Shown here one piece after another: positions 26,411 through 35,121 of a DNA stretch of 64,000 bases. The notes below the pieces were generated by a model, which saw nothing but the letters and a program-made list of their open reading frames with translations, was not told where the DNA came from and ran no database searches. Positions within the stretch are counted from its first letter, which is position 1. Every line of letters begins with the position of its first letter. The stretch comes from Pseudomonadota bacterium (GTDB lineage: Bacteria; Pseudomonadota; Alphaproteobacteria; Rhodobacterales; Rhodobacteraceae), in contig JBCBXB010000016.1 in the NCBI GenBank assembly GCA_039816785.1, forward strand, positions 4,784 through 68,783, in the 5' to 3' direction. The position numbers and the translations under genes are program-made.

Positions 26411-28366
26411 CTAGGCCTCCGCCGCGCGGCCCTTGAGGGCAATGATGCCTTTGGGGCGGAACTGGATGAAGAGGATGATGAAGAGGATCATGTAGGTTTG
26501 CGCGGCCAGCGTGTTGGAGGGGTTGAGCCACTCGATCCCCTTTTGCAGGGTGCCGACCATGGTGGCGCCGAGCAGGGTGCCCCAGATGTTGCCGACACCG
26601 CCCACGACCACCGTCATGAAGGATTGGACGATGTAGTCGGCGCCCATCTCTGACGTGACCTTGGCGTAAAGACCGATGGCGACGCCTGCGATGCCCGCGA
26701 TGCCGGAGCCGAAGCCGAAGGTGAGCATGTTGATGCGGTCGGGGTTGATGCCCATGGAGGCGGCCATGCGGGGGTTTTGCGTCACGGCGCGGACCTCAAG
26801 CCCCAGCCGCGTGCGGTTCATCACAAAGAGGAAGAGGGCGAGGAACATCAGTGCGAGCACGAAGATCGCGATGCGGATGTAGCTGATCGACACGATGTCG
26901 TTGATGACCCAGCTGCCGTCCAGCCAACCGGGGGCGGTGAGCGGGCGGGCCTGGGTGCCGAATATGTTCTTGGCCAGTTGTTGCAGCGCAATGGAGATGC
27001 CGAACGTCGCCAGCAGCGTCTCCAAGGGACGGTGGTAGAGCCAGCGGATCACCAGCCGTTCCATCGCGACGCCTGCGCCGAAGGTCACGGCAAAGGCCAG
27101 CGGCAGGGCGACGAGGATCGACACGGTGTAGTCAGGGATAAAGAGCTGGACCACGTAGCCTGTGTACGCGCCCATCATGATGAACTCGCCATGGGCCATG
27201 TTGATCACGCCCATCACGCCGAAGGTGATGGCAAGGCCGATGGCGGCCAGGAAGTAGATCGAGGCGAGCGACAGCGCGTCGAGGGCGAGATCGGCGGTCT
27301 GGTTCAGGGCGACGGCGGCCTCGATATCCGACAGGGCATTGGCGGCGGCGGTGGCGACGTTTGGCGGCGCGCCGACAAACACCTCAAAGAACGTGACGGT
27401 GGCTAGCGCCGTGCTGATCGTCGTGTCGGTGACAAGCGGGTCGGCGGCCCCGTCGCGAGCCAGCGTGGCGTAGGCGTCAAGGCGGGCGGCGTCGGTATTG
27501 AGCGTGGCGATCTGGATGCCGGCGACGGTGGTGCCGTCGATGTTGTCGATCAGCGTCTGGCGGATGGTGGAGGCGTCGGTGCGGGCCGGCGCATCGCCTG
27601 CGCTGACCATCAGATCATAGGCGGCGGCGGTGCTGAGCGCGTCGCTGCCCGGGGTGATGATGGTCGCCCCCTCGGGGGCTGCGTCGGCATAGTCGATGCG
27701 GGTGGCCACCAGCGGGTTGAGGGCGGCGCGCACATCCACGCCAAGGTCGCCCGCGAACCCTTCGATGGCGGCGATGCGGGTGGCGTCATCCTCGTCAAAG
27801 CGGATGGTCAGGAGCCGTTCCAGCCGGGCCTTGCGGGCCCTGATCTGGAGGTTGGGTTCATCGTCGATGGCGGCGCGCAGGGCGGTGAGGTGCGACGCCT
27901 CCGCATCGCGTTCGATGGCATCGAGCGCCGTGGTGCGGATGTTCGGGTCAGGGTCCGACAGCTGGAACTGTACCAGTGCGGCGGCGATCATGCCGCGGAT
28001 GCCGGAATTGGGTTTGAGCTGCTTGTAGGCCTTTTTCTCGGCGGTGCCGAACTCCGCGCCGTCGGAGACATCCAGAAGGCGCAGCTGCCGGTTCTCGATC
28101 TCTTCGGCAAAGACGAAGGCGCGGGTGTTCTTGTCGTACCACATCTCCTTGTCCTGCCAGCGCTGCAACACCACCTGCGCCTCGGCCATGCCGCTTGAGG
28201 CAAGCGCGTCGATGGCCGGACCAATGGTGCGGCGCGAGGATTTGGCGATGATCTCGCCATGGGTCTGCAAGAGCTGCTGGATCGGCGCGTCCATTTCCTG
28301 CGCCTCGGCCCGGACGGGCAACATCAGAACGCAAAGCAGGAAAAGGCGGGTGATCCAGATCATCAC
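26411..28366 (-). CDS. urtB: Urea ABC transporter permease with an N-terminal extension of about 350 aa carrying a signal peptide
   Basis: 651 aa. The C-terminal half is a LivH-type permease (INMAHGEFIMMGAY...). The N-terminal half is hydrophilic. Confidence 0.9.
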   Translation of the reverse strand: MMIWITRLFLLCVLMLPVRAEAQEMDAPIQQLLQTHGEIIAKSSRRTIGPAIDALASSGMAEAQVVLQRWQDKEMWYDKNTRAFVFAEEIENRQLRLLDVSDGAEFGTAEKKAYKQLKPNSGIRGMIAAALVQFQLSDPDPNIRTTALDAIERDAEASHLTALRAAIDDEPNLQIRARKARLERLLTIRFDEDDATRIAAIEGFAGDLGVDVRAALNPLVATRIDYADAAPEGATIITPGSDALSTAAAYDLMVSAGDAPARTDASTIRQTLIDNIDGTTVAGIQIATLNTDAARLDAYATLARDGAADPLVTDTTISTALATVTFFEVFVGAPPNVATAAANALSDIEAAVALNQTADLALDALSLASIYFLAAIGLAITFGVMGVINMAHGEFIMMGAYTGYVVQLFIPDYTVSILVALPLAFAVTFGAGVAMERLVIRWLYHRPLETLLATFGISIALQQLAKNIFGTQARPLTAPGWLDGSWVINDIVSISYIRIAIFVLALMFLALFLFVMNRTRLGLEVRAVTQNPRMAASMGINPDRINMLTFGFGSGIAGIAGVAIGLYAKVTSEMGADYIVQSFMTVVVGGVGNIWGTLLGATMVGTLQKGIEWLNPSNTLAAQTYMILFIILFIQFRPKGIIALKGRAAEA

Positions 28367-28441
28367 GGGAGACCTCAGAGAGCCGGGGACAAAACGGCAC
28401 CCGGAGGGGAGGGAGGATCCCGCCGGGTGCCGCCAAGTGTA

Positions 28442-28462
28442 GGATGGGCAATTTGCCCATCC
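28442..28462 (-). repeat. Perfect palindrome GGATGGGCAA-T-TTGCCCATCC in the urtA-urtB spacer (second copy of the element at 7867)
   Basis: Read directly. A 10-bp-stem hairpin CGGCACCCGG...CCGGGTGCCG lies just upstream of it in coordinate terms, at about 28395-28435. Confidence 0.6.
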
Positions 28463-28472
28463 CCGGAGTGGT

Positions 28473-29750
28473 TTAGTAGTTCGACTTGATCTGCACGCAG
28501 GTGCTGGATTCGGTGTTGTACATACCGCAGCCCAGCTCGGCCCAGTCGGATTTCAGCACAGCCGACTCTGGCAGGAAGTCGGTCCAGGCGTCGCCCGGCA
28601 CTTCGGCCGTCTGGGAGATGATGTCGAACTGACCGTCTTCCTGAATCTCGCCGATCAGGACCGGCTTGGCCAGGTGGTGGTTGGGCAGCATCACGGCGGT
28701 GCCGCCGGTGAGGTTCGGGAATTCCTGCCCGTACATCGCCTCGCGGACGGCATCCACGTCGGTGGTGCCTGCCGCTTCGGCTGCGTTCACCCACATGTTG
28801 AAGCCGATATAATGCGCCTCCATCGGGTCATTGGTCACGCGGTCGTCGCCCATGCGGGCTTTCCACGCTTCGACCCATGCCTCGTTGGCGTCGGATTCGG
28901 CGGACTGGAAATAGTTCCAGGCGGCCAGGTGACCGACGAGGTTGGAGGTGTCGAGGCCGGCCAGTTCTTCTTCACCAACGGAGAAGGCCACCACGGGGAT
29001 GTCATCGGCAGAGATACCGGCGGCGGCCAGTTCTTTGTAGAAGCCGACATTCGCGTCGCCGTTGATGGTGGAGATCACGCCGACCTTTTTGCCATCCGCG
29101 CCCAGAGCCACGACGTCAGCGACGATCTTGGACCAGTCGGAATGACCGAAGGGCGTGTAGTTTACAAAGATGTCTTCGGCCGCGATGCCCTTGTCCTTGA
29201 GGTAGGCCTCGAGAATGTTGTTCGTGGTGCGGGGATAGACATAGTCGGTGCCCAGCAGCGCGAACTTCTCGACCTCCAGTTCCTCGAGGAAGTAGTCGGT
29301 GGCCGGGATCGCCTGTTGGTTGGGCGCGGCACCGGTGTAGAAGACGTTCTTGGAGCTTTCTTCGCCCTCGTACTGGACGGGGTAGAACAGCAGGCCATTC
29401 AGCTCTTCGATCACGGGAAGGACGGATTTGCGGGACACGGATGTCCAGTTGCCAAAGATCACGTCGACCTGGTGCACGGTCAGCAACTCGCGCGCCTTTT
29501 CGGCAAAGAGCGGCCAGTCGGAGGCCGGGTCGACCACGACGGCCTCAAGTTGGCAGCCCAGCACACCGCCGGCGGTGTTTTGCTGTTCGACCAGCATTTC
29601 CATCGTATCTTTGAGCGTTGTTTCCGAAATCGCCATCGTGCCGGACAGCGAATGCAGCACACCGACCTTGATTGGGGCGTCGCATGCATAGGCGGCACCA
29701 GTGCCGGCAATCAGCACAGCAGCCGTGCTGGACAGGAGTTTACGGGTCAT
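28473..29750 (-). CDS. urtA: Urea ABC transporter substrate-binding protein
   Basis: 425 aa with a signal peptide. LivK/amide-binding fold. First gene of the urt operon. Confidence 0.9.
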   Translation of the reverse strand: MTRKLLSSTAAVLIAGTGAAYACDAPIKVGVLHSLSGTMAISETTLKDTMEMLVEQQNTAGGVLGCQLEAVVVDPASDWPLFAEKARELLTVHQVDVIFGNWTSVSRKSVLPVIEELNGLLFYPVQYEGEESSKNVFYTGAAPNQQAIPATDYFLEELEVEKFALLGTDYVYPRTTNNILEAYLKDKGIAAEDIFVNYTPFGHSDWSKIVADVVALGADGKKVGVISTINGDANVGFYKELAAAGISADDIPVVAFSVGEEELAGLDTSNLVGHLAAWNYFQSAESDANEAWVEAWKARMGDDRVTNDPMEAHYIGFNMWVNAAEAAGTTDVDAVREAMYGQEFPNLTGGTAVMLPNHHLAKPVLIGEIQEDGQFDIISQTAEVPGDAWTDFLPESAVLKSDWAELGCGMYNTESSTCVQIKSNY

Positions 29751-30037
29751 CTTTGTTCCTCATTTTGCACGCGCCCAACGGGCTTGCAGAGCGGGTCGGA
29801 ACCCCTCATACGCCTTGAGCGCAATTTATTGCGGCGTGCGACGGCCAAACGGTTTCCTAGGCCAGGGTCGTCGTACGTTTTCCTCCGGACGCTGTTGGGC
29901 GCCCCACGTGGTGGTAGGCGGGATTATGCAGTGACAGGAGTCGTTTCGCGCTGATTCAGGCTGCTGGTCGAGGGGCGGCGCCCAATAATTGGGCGGGACC
30001 GTCAAATCGGATTAATTCTTGTGCAGCGCGTGAGCGC

Positions 30038-30421
30038 CTAGCTGTCCAGCAACATCTCGGTGCAGGCCGACAGGTGCCATTTGGCCCGCGTGCGGGCGCG
30101 GTCGGCCCGGTCTGCGCGGTCACTGAATGTGGCGATGGTCAGCAGGGAGGCATGTGCAAGCTTGGCCTCGATCCGGTGGTGGAGCACGGTGCGTTCCTGC
30201 CCGTGGGGCATGGTCGCGTCGAGCAGCGCCAGAAAGGTCAGGCGTTGCCCCTCATAGTCGGGGGCGGCGGGGTCGTTGATCAGCCAAGCATGCTCCATCT
30301 CGGCCGACATGCGTCCGGCGCACCCGGCAAAGGTCTGCGCAAGGTCGGCCGCGGCCAGTGTGGATGTGGCCGACAGGGCTGCGGCGGTGCCTGCGAGAAG
30401 TATTGTTTTTATTCTGCTCAC
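30038..30421 (-). CDS. Hypothetical secreted protein
   Basis: 127 aa with a GTG start and a signal-like N-terminus (ILLAGTAAALSATSTLAA). No family recognised. Confidence 0.5.
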   Translation of the reverse strand: MSRIKTILLAGTAAALSATSTLAAADLAQTFAGCAGRMSAEMEHAWLINDPAAPDYEGQRLTFLALLDATMPHGQERTVLHHRIEAKLAHASLLTIATFSDRADRADRARTRAKWHLSACTEMLLDS

Positions 30422-30534
30422 ATCTTGAGCATGTCGGCAAATTTTACGCCTGACAAGTGTGCGGTTTGAAAAGTTTTATTCACATGCGGCACAAACGCTG
30501 CGCAGTGTGCGGGCGCTTCTTCGTCTGTTGCGCG

Positions 30535-30789
30535 TCAGCTGTAGGTTTTCGGTGCGTGACGTGTCAGCGCGCCGCTGGCGTTCGGCATTGCGAACTTCAC
30601 CTCATCGAAATTGTGGCCGAACAGGTCCCGAGGGACTTTCATGTCGGAAATACCGCTTTGCTCGAAATAAAGCGACACGGCAGTCTGATCGACATAGATA
30701 ATCCACGCAGCCTTGCCCGGATGCAGACCGTTTTTCTGGTTCATCGCGGTTTGCTTGACCGTATATTTGGCACCGAGTTTCATGCGCAC
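30535..30789 (-). CDS. Hypothetical small protein in a lower-GC islet
   Basis: 84 aa with an AGAGGA ribosome-binding site 8 nt upstream. No family recognised. Confidence 0.5.
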   Translation of the reverse strand: MRMKLGAKYTVKQTAMNQKNGLHPGKAAWIIYVDQTAVSLYFEQSGISDMKVPRDLFGHNFDEVKFAMPNASGALTRHAPKTYS

Positions 30790-30918
30790 TGTCCTCTTTG
30801 TTAAATCGATTTGGTGTCAATCAAGCGCGATATCAGCAAATTGAACGCATCTTGTCACGGTGCGGGGCGAAAAAACTGCGGCCCAAGTCCAAGTGGGAAC
30901 CGATGTGGAGGATTGAGA

Positions 30919-30994
30919 TGGCTGGGACGGTAGGACTCGAACCTACAACCTACTGTACCAAAAACAGTTGATCTACCAATTGATCTACGTCCCA
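30919..30994 (-). tRNA. tRNA-Gln (anticodon UUG) with encoded CCA
   Basis: Manual cloverleaf: acceptor UGGGACG/CGUCCCA, D arm GAUC-AAUUGGUA-GAUC, anticodon arm ACUGU-UUUUGGU-ACAGU, T arm GUAGG-UUCGAGU-CCUAC, discriminator G plus CCA. Confidence 0.9.
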
Positions 30995-31005
30995 ACGTGG
31001 GCCGG

Positions 31006-31034
31006 TAGATACGCCGCGTTGTGATCGTGTTCAA
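31006..31034 (-). promoter_or_regulatory. Candidate sigma-70 promoter for tRNA-Gln (TTGAAC-N17-TATCTA)
   Basis: The -10 element ends 11 nt upstream of the mature tRNA 5' end. Sequence match only. Confidence 0.4.
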
Positions 31035-31066
31035 GCCCTGATCTTTCGAAAAATTCGGGCGATGTT

Positions 31067-32386
31067 TTATTCTTCCCGCAAGATCTCCCGGTTCAGCAAA
31101 TCCTCATTCGCGCCGTCCTCGCGTTCCTGGTTCACGATGGCTTCCAGCGCGGCCTCATCCTTGGCCTGTACGTCCTGTGCGGCGACCGCTGGAACAGGGG
31201 CCTTGGCCGCAGGGGCCGGAGCCTTGGCCGATGCGTCCACATCGCCCACGCCCAGCACGCGCAGGGTGGTTTCGGGCATCACGATCCCTTCGGCGTCAAA
31301 CGCCGCAATGCAGAGCCGCCACGCCTCGCTGCGCGCCTTGAGAAAGGACGTTTCGTGCTGGGCGATCCAGGCGGCGACCTTGATGATCACGGCGCTGTCG
31401 CCCAGTTCCTCGATCCAGACCGATGGTTCGGGCGCGTCGAGCACGAAGGGCAGGGCACGCACCGTCTCCAGCGCCAGCGCCTGCGCGCGCGCCAGATCAG
31501 TGTCATAGGCCACGCCGAGGTCCACGAGAAAGCGGCGCTCGTCATTGCGGGTATAGTTGACGATCCGGCTCTTGAAGACGGTGGCGTTTGGGATGCGGAT
31601 ATGGTTGCCGTCAAAGCTCAGCAGGATGGTCGCGCGCGAGGTGAGGCGGATGACCTTGCCGATGTCGCCTTCGATCTCGACGGTGTCATTGGGGCGGAAT
31701 GGCTGGCGGATCGACAGCATGATCGACGCGATGAAATTCTCGACCGTGTCGCGGACCGCAAAACCGATGGCGAGGCCGACGATGCCGGCAGCGCCAAGGA
31801 TTGTGCCCAGCAGGGCCGTGGCCCCGAGGATGTCCAGTGCCACAACCACGCCGCCCACCAGAAACAGGATGCGGATGATCTGGCGGTAGATGTCGGCGAT
31901 AAAGGCATTGGGCGCGATCCGGTCCCAGGGGTAGCGCATGCGCGCAAGGATGACGCCAAAGCTGACCACGAGGATGAACGCCAGAAGGGCTACAGTGGCC
32001 AGCGGGATCAGCGCGATCATCTGCTGCATCCGCGCCAGGAACCGCTCCACCGCCGGGTTGAGGCGGGCAACCACATCGGTGGTCTCTGCCACCTCGTTCT
32101 CGATGGCGACAACGCCCTGGACCCGGCCCACCAATTCGTTCAGGCGTTCGGCTGTGGTGGAGTCGACAGTGGTGCCGCGCAGCGTGACAATGCCGGAAGA
32201 GACGGTGACGGTGACCTCCTCATAGCCTTCGAGCTCGTTCAGGATGTCGCGGATGCGCACGGCGATGGCGGCGTCTTGGCTGGCGCTGTCCTCCACCGTG
32301 ATGGTGCCGCTGGGCTGGTCGGTGGTCTGGGCTGTGGCGGCAAGCGGCAGGTATAAAGTCAGCGCAAGACACAGCGCGCGGATCAT
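31067..32386 (-). CDS. Mechanosensitive ion channel (MscS family) with an N-terminal BON-like periplasmic domain
   Basis: ATG at 32386 overlaps the upstream stop (ATGA). 439 aa with a signal peptide and the MscS beta-domain motif (PFRPNDTVEIEGDIGKV). Confidence 0.85.
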   Translation of the reverse strand: MIRALCLALTLYLPLAATAQTTDQPSGTITVEDSASQDAAIAVRIRDILNELEGYEEVTVTVSSGIVTLRGTTVDSTTAERLNELVGRVQGVVAIENEVAETTDVVARLNPAVERFLARMQQMIALIPLATVALLAFILVVSFGVILARMRYPWDRIAPNAFIADIYRQIIRILFLVGGVVVALDILGATALLGTILGAAGIVGLAIGFAVRDTVENFIASIMLSIRQPFRPNDTVEIEGDIGKVIRLTSRATILLSFDGNHIRIPNATVFKSRIVNYTRNDERRFLVDLGVAYDTDLARAQALALETVRALPFVLDAPEPSVWIEELGDSAVIIKVAAWIAQHETSFLKARSEAWRLCIAAFDAEGIVMPETTLRVLGVGDVDASAKAPAPAAKAPVPAVAAQDVQAKDEAALEAIVNQEREDGANEDLLNREILREE

Positions 32387-33375
32387 GGCGCGATCTCGAG
32401 CAGGATGCTGCCGTCGCGCGCGCCATGCGCCACCGCCTCGTGGGCGAGGTGGCAATCGGCGAGTTCAAAGCAGTGCGCGATCGGGCTGTCCAGCGCGCCT
32501 GCCGTCAAGGCGGCGTGCAAGTGTTGGATAGCAGCGGCCCGCGCAGGGTCGGCGAGGATGTAGATCAGGATGATGTCCAGCGTTACGGCCTTGAACAGCA
32601 TTGGCCCAAACGGCACGGTCGGCGTCATGTCGAGCGCGGAGCCAAAGGCGCAGATGGTCCCGTTGGGCGCGATCACCTCGGCGTCGGTCTGCGCGTTCAG
32701 TCCGTATTCCACCTCGACGATGCGGTCGACGGGCTGTCCGCCATTGGCCTCCAGAATGCGGTCGGCGGAGTCGTTCGCGCCAAAGTCGACAACGTGATGC
32801 GCCCCGGCCTGCGTGCACCGCTCGAGCCCCGCGCCGCGCGCGGTGGCGATCACCTCTGCGCCACCCCAGCGGGCCAGTTGCACGGCCAGATAGCCGACAG
32901 TGCCCGCACCGCCCTGGATCAGCAGGGTCTGCCCGGTGATGTCACCACCCCCGAACACGGCGTGCGCTGCCGTCAGGCCGGGGATGCCCAGCGTCGCGCC
33001 CACCTCCGGCGACACAGCTTCGGGCAGGGGGACGGCCTGTGCGGCGGGCAGGCTGATATGCGAGGCCGCGGTGCCGAAGGGGCGTTGCCACTGGCCGTTC
33101 CAGATCCACACCGGCTGACCCATGCGGGCGCTGTCGACGCCGTCGCCAACGGCCACGATGCGCCCCGCGCCGTCGCTGTGCGGGATGATCAGGTCAAAGG
33201 GTGGCTTGGTCACGCCGGGTCGCGCGCCTGACCGCGCCTTGACGTCAGAGGGGTTCACACCGGAGTGGCTGACCTCGACCAGTACCTCACCGGGTCCGGG
33301 ATCGGGCTTGGGCAATTCCGACAGTGACAGGACATCGGCAGCGGGGCCGAAACGGGAATAGGTAATGGCGTGCAC
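32383..33375 (-). CDS. NADPH:quinone reductase / zinc-type alcohol dehydrogenase superfamily (MDR)
   Basis: 330 aa. Contains GEVLVEVSHSGVNPSD and GGAGTVG motifs. Confidence 0.85.
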   Translation of the reverse strand: MHAITYSRFGPAADVLSLSELPKPDPGPGEVLVEVSHSGVNPSDVKARSGARPGVTKPPFDLIIPHSDGAGRIVAVGDGVDSARMGQPVWIWNGQWQRPFGTAASHISLPAAQAVPLPEAVSPEVGATLGIPGLTAAHAVFGGGDITGQTLLIQGGAGTVGYLAVQLARWGGAEVIATARGAGLERCTQAGAHHVVDFGANDSADRILEANGGQPVDRIVEVEYGLNAQTDAEVIAPNGTICAFGSALDMTPTVPFGPMLFKAVTLDIILIYILADPARAAAIQHLHAALTAGALDSPIAHCFELADCHLAHEAVAHGARDGSILLEIAP

Positions 33376-33444
33376 GAAGCGTGGTCTTTTCTGAAATAGG
33401 TCTGCCCTGCCAGCTTAGCCGAGGGCGCGCGAGATGTAAGGGCC

Positions 33445-33963
33445 TTAGTCGCGCAGTTCGTCTATCGCCACACCCCAAAGCCGCGCCTTGGGGGCCCACC
33501 CGCGATAGCCGCCGGTGGTCACGCGGCACCATTCCGGCCCGCATTTGCCAAGGCGCGCGATCACGCCCGCCTCAAGCGCTGCGGTCACGGGCGCGCCGGT
33601 CTCGGGGCGGGTGCGCAGGGTCAGCATGTCCTGCTCGATCAGCACAGTACGGCTGCCGGACAGGAGCGAATAGTGCACCCAGCCGCCCATACCGTCACGG
33701 TCCTCGACCCGGCGCCAGTGGCCATGCTCGGCCGTGATGCGCAGCGGCATGTCGCGGCGCTGGAACACCCAGTCGATGCGGTGGGTCAGCGACGGGCCAC
33801 GGCGCACATTGCCCTCGGCGGCCTTGAGCGACACGTAACGCGGCAGCGGCAGGTTGGTCACAGGGCCTGTGTCGCGCGCCTGCGCGGGCAGCGCGACAAG
33901 GATCACGGCCAGACACGCGGCCAGCCTGCTCAAATATCCCCACATGATCACGGGCCTGCTCAT
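33445..33963 (-). CDS. Bacterial SH3-domain protein (DUF1058 / COG3807-like)
   Basis: ATG at 33963 (alternative at 33945). Signal or anchor sequence, then LPRYVSLKAAEGNVRRGP...GWVHYSLL. Confidence 0.7.
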   Translation of the reverse strand: MSRPVIMWGYLSRLAACLAVILVALPAQARDTGPVTNLPLPRYVSLKAAEGNVRRGPSLTHRIDWVFQRRDMPLRITAEHGHWRRVEDRDGMGGWVHYSLLSGSRTVLIEQDMLTLRTRPETGAPVTAALEAGVIARLGKCGPEWCRVTTGGYRGWAPKARLWGVAIDELRD

Positions 33964-34061
33964 CTCTCGCCTCTTGGAATGGCCGAGGTTCTTGTGCCTC
34001 GTGCTCACATCCGCCACCATGGCCCAAGAAGGCCGCAAGGCCAAGCGCGGGGAGGGCGCCG

Positions 34062-35048
34062 ATGCCAAAGGAACGTCTGAGTGTTGTCGTTACGCGACGG
34101 TTGCCGGATGAGGTCGAGACGCGGCTGAGCGAGCTCTTTGACGTGCGGCTGCGGGACGATGATGTACCGATGTCGCGCGCCCAGATCGTCGAGGCGATGA
34201 AGTCGGCAGATGTGCTGGTGCCGACGATCACCGATACGGTGGACGCGGCCATGATCGGGCAGGCCGGGGACCGGCTGAAGCTGATCGCGAATTACGGCGC
34301 GGGTGTGGACAATATCGACGTCTCGACCGCCCGACAGCGGGGTATTCTGGTGTCCAACACGCCCGGTGTCCTGACCGACGACACTGCCGACATGACCATG
34401 GCGCTCATCCTCGCCGTGACCCGTCGCATCCCCGAAGGTCTGGCGGCGATGCAGGGCGAGGACTGGGCCGGCTGGGCACCCACCGCGTTTCTGGGCGGGC
34501 GCGTTGCGGGGCGGCGGCTGGGCATTCTGGGCATGGGCCGGATCGGGCAAGCGGTGGCGCGCCGGGCTGCGGCCTTTGGCATGCAGGTGCATTACCACAA
34601 CCGCAAGCGCCTTCGCCCCGAGACGGAAGCCGAGCTGGATGCGACGTACTGGGAAAGCCTTGACCAGATGGTGAGCCGGATGGACGTGGTCAGCGTGAAC
34701 TGCCCGCACACGCCCTCGACCTTTCATCTGATGAACGCGCGGCGTCTCAAACTGATGAAACCCGACGCGGTGATCGTGAACACCTCGCGCGGGGAGGTGA
34801 TCGACGAGAACGCGTTGACACGGATGCTGCGCGCTGGTGACATCGCGGGCGCGGGCCTCGATGTCTATGAACAGGGGCGCGAGGTGAATCCGCGCCTGCG
34901 CGAGCTGACAAATGTGGTACTCTTGCCGCATATGGGCTCCGCCACCCGGGAAAGCCGGGTCGAGATGGGCGAAAAAGTGATCATAAACATCAAGACCTTC
35001 GATGATGGCCACCGTCCGCCCGATCAGGTGGTACCGTCAATGCTGTGA
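34062..35048 (+). CDS. D-isomer-specific 2-hydroxyacid dehydrogenase (glyoxylate/hydroxypyruvate reductase-like)
   Basis: 328 aa with GILGMGRIGQAVARR NAD motif and a catalytic-region motif (NTSRGEVIDE). Confidence 0.9.
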   Translation: MPKERLSVVVTRRLPDEVETRLSELFDVRLRDDDVPMSRAQIVEAMKSADVLVPTITDTVDAAMIGQAGDRLKLIANYGAGVDNIDVSTARQRGILVSNTPGVLTDDTADMTMALILAVTRRIPEGLAAMQGEDWAGWAPTAFLGGRVAGRRLGILGMGRIGQAVARRAAAFGMQVHYHNRKRLRPETEAELDATYWESLDQMVSRMDVVSVNCPHTPSTFHLMNARRLKLMKPDAVIVNTSRGEVIDENALTRMLRAGDIAGAGLDVYEQGREVNPRLRELTNVVLLPHMGSATRESRVEMGEKVIINIKTFDDGHRPPDQVVPSML

Positions 35049-35121
35049 CCTAGCGGAAAACGACGCGTTTTCCGGAACAGATTTTTCGCCGAAAAATCTT
35101 GCCCGCGCCAAGGAGGACCCA

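Noticed and set aside
29751-30037. Search for a sigma-54 (TGGCAC-N5-TTGC) promoter and NtrC sites upstream of urtA.
   Set aside because: No sequence with the correct GG/GC spacing was found on the urtA strand. Only short palindromes (GCAAT-TT-ATTGC, CGCCCAAT-A-ATTGGGCG) of uncertain meaning are present.
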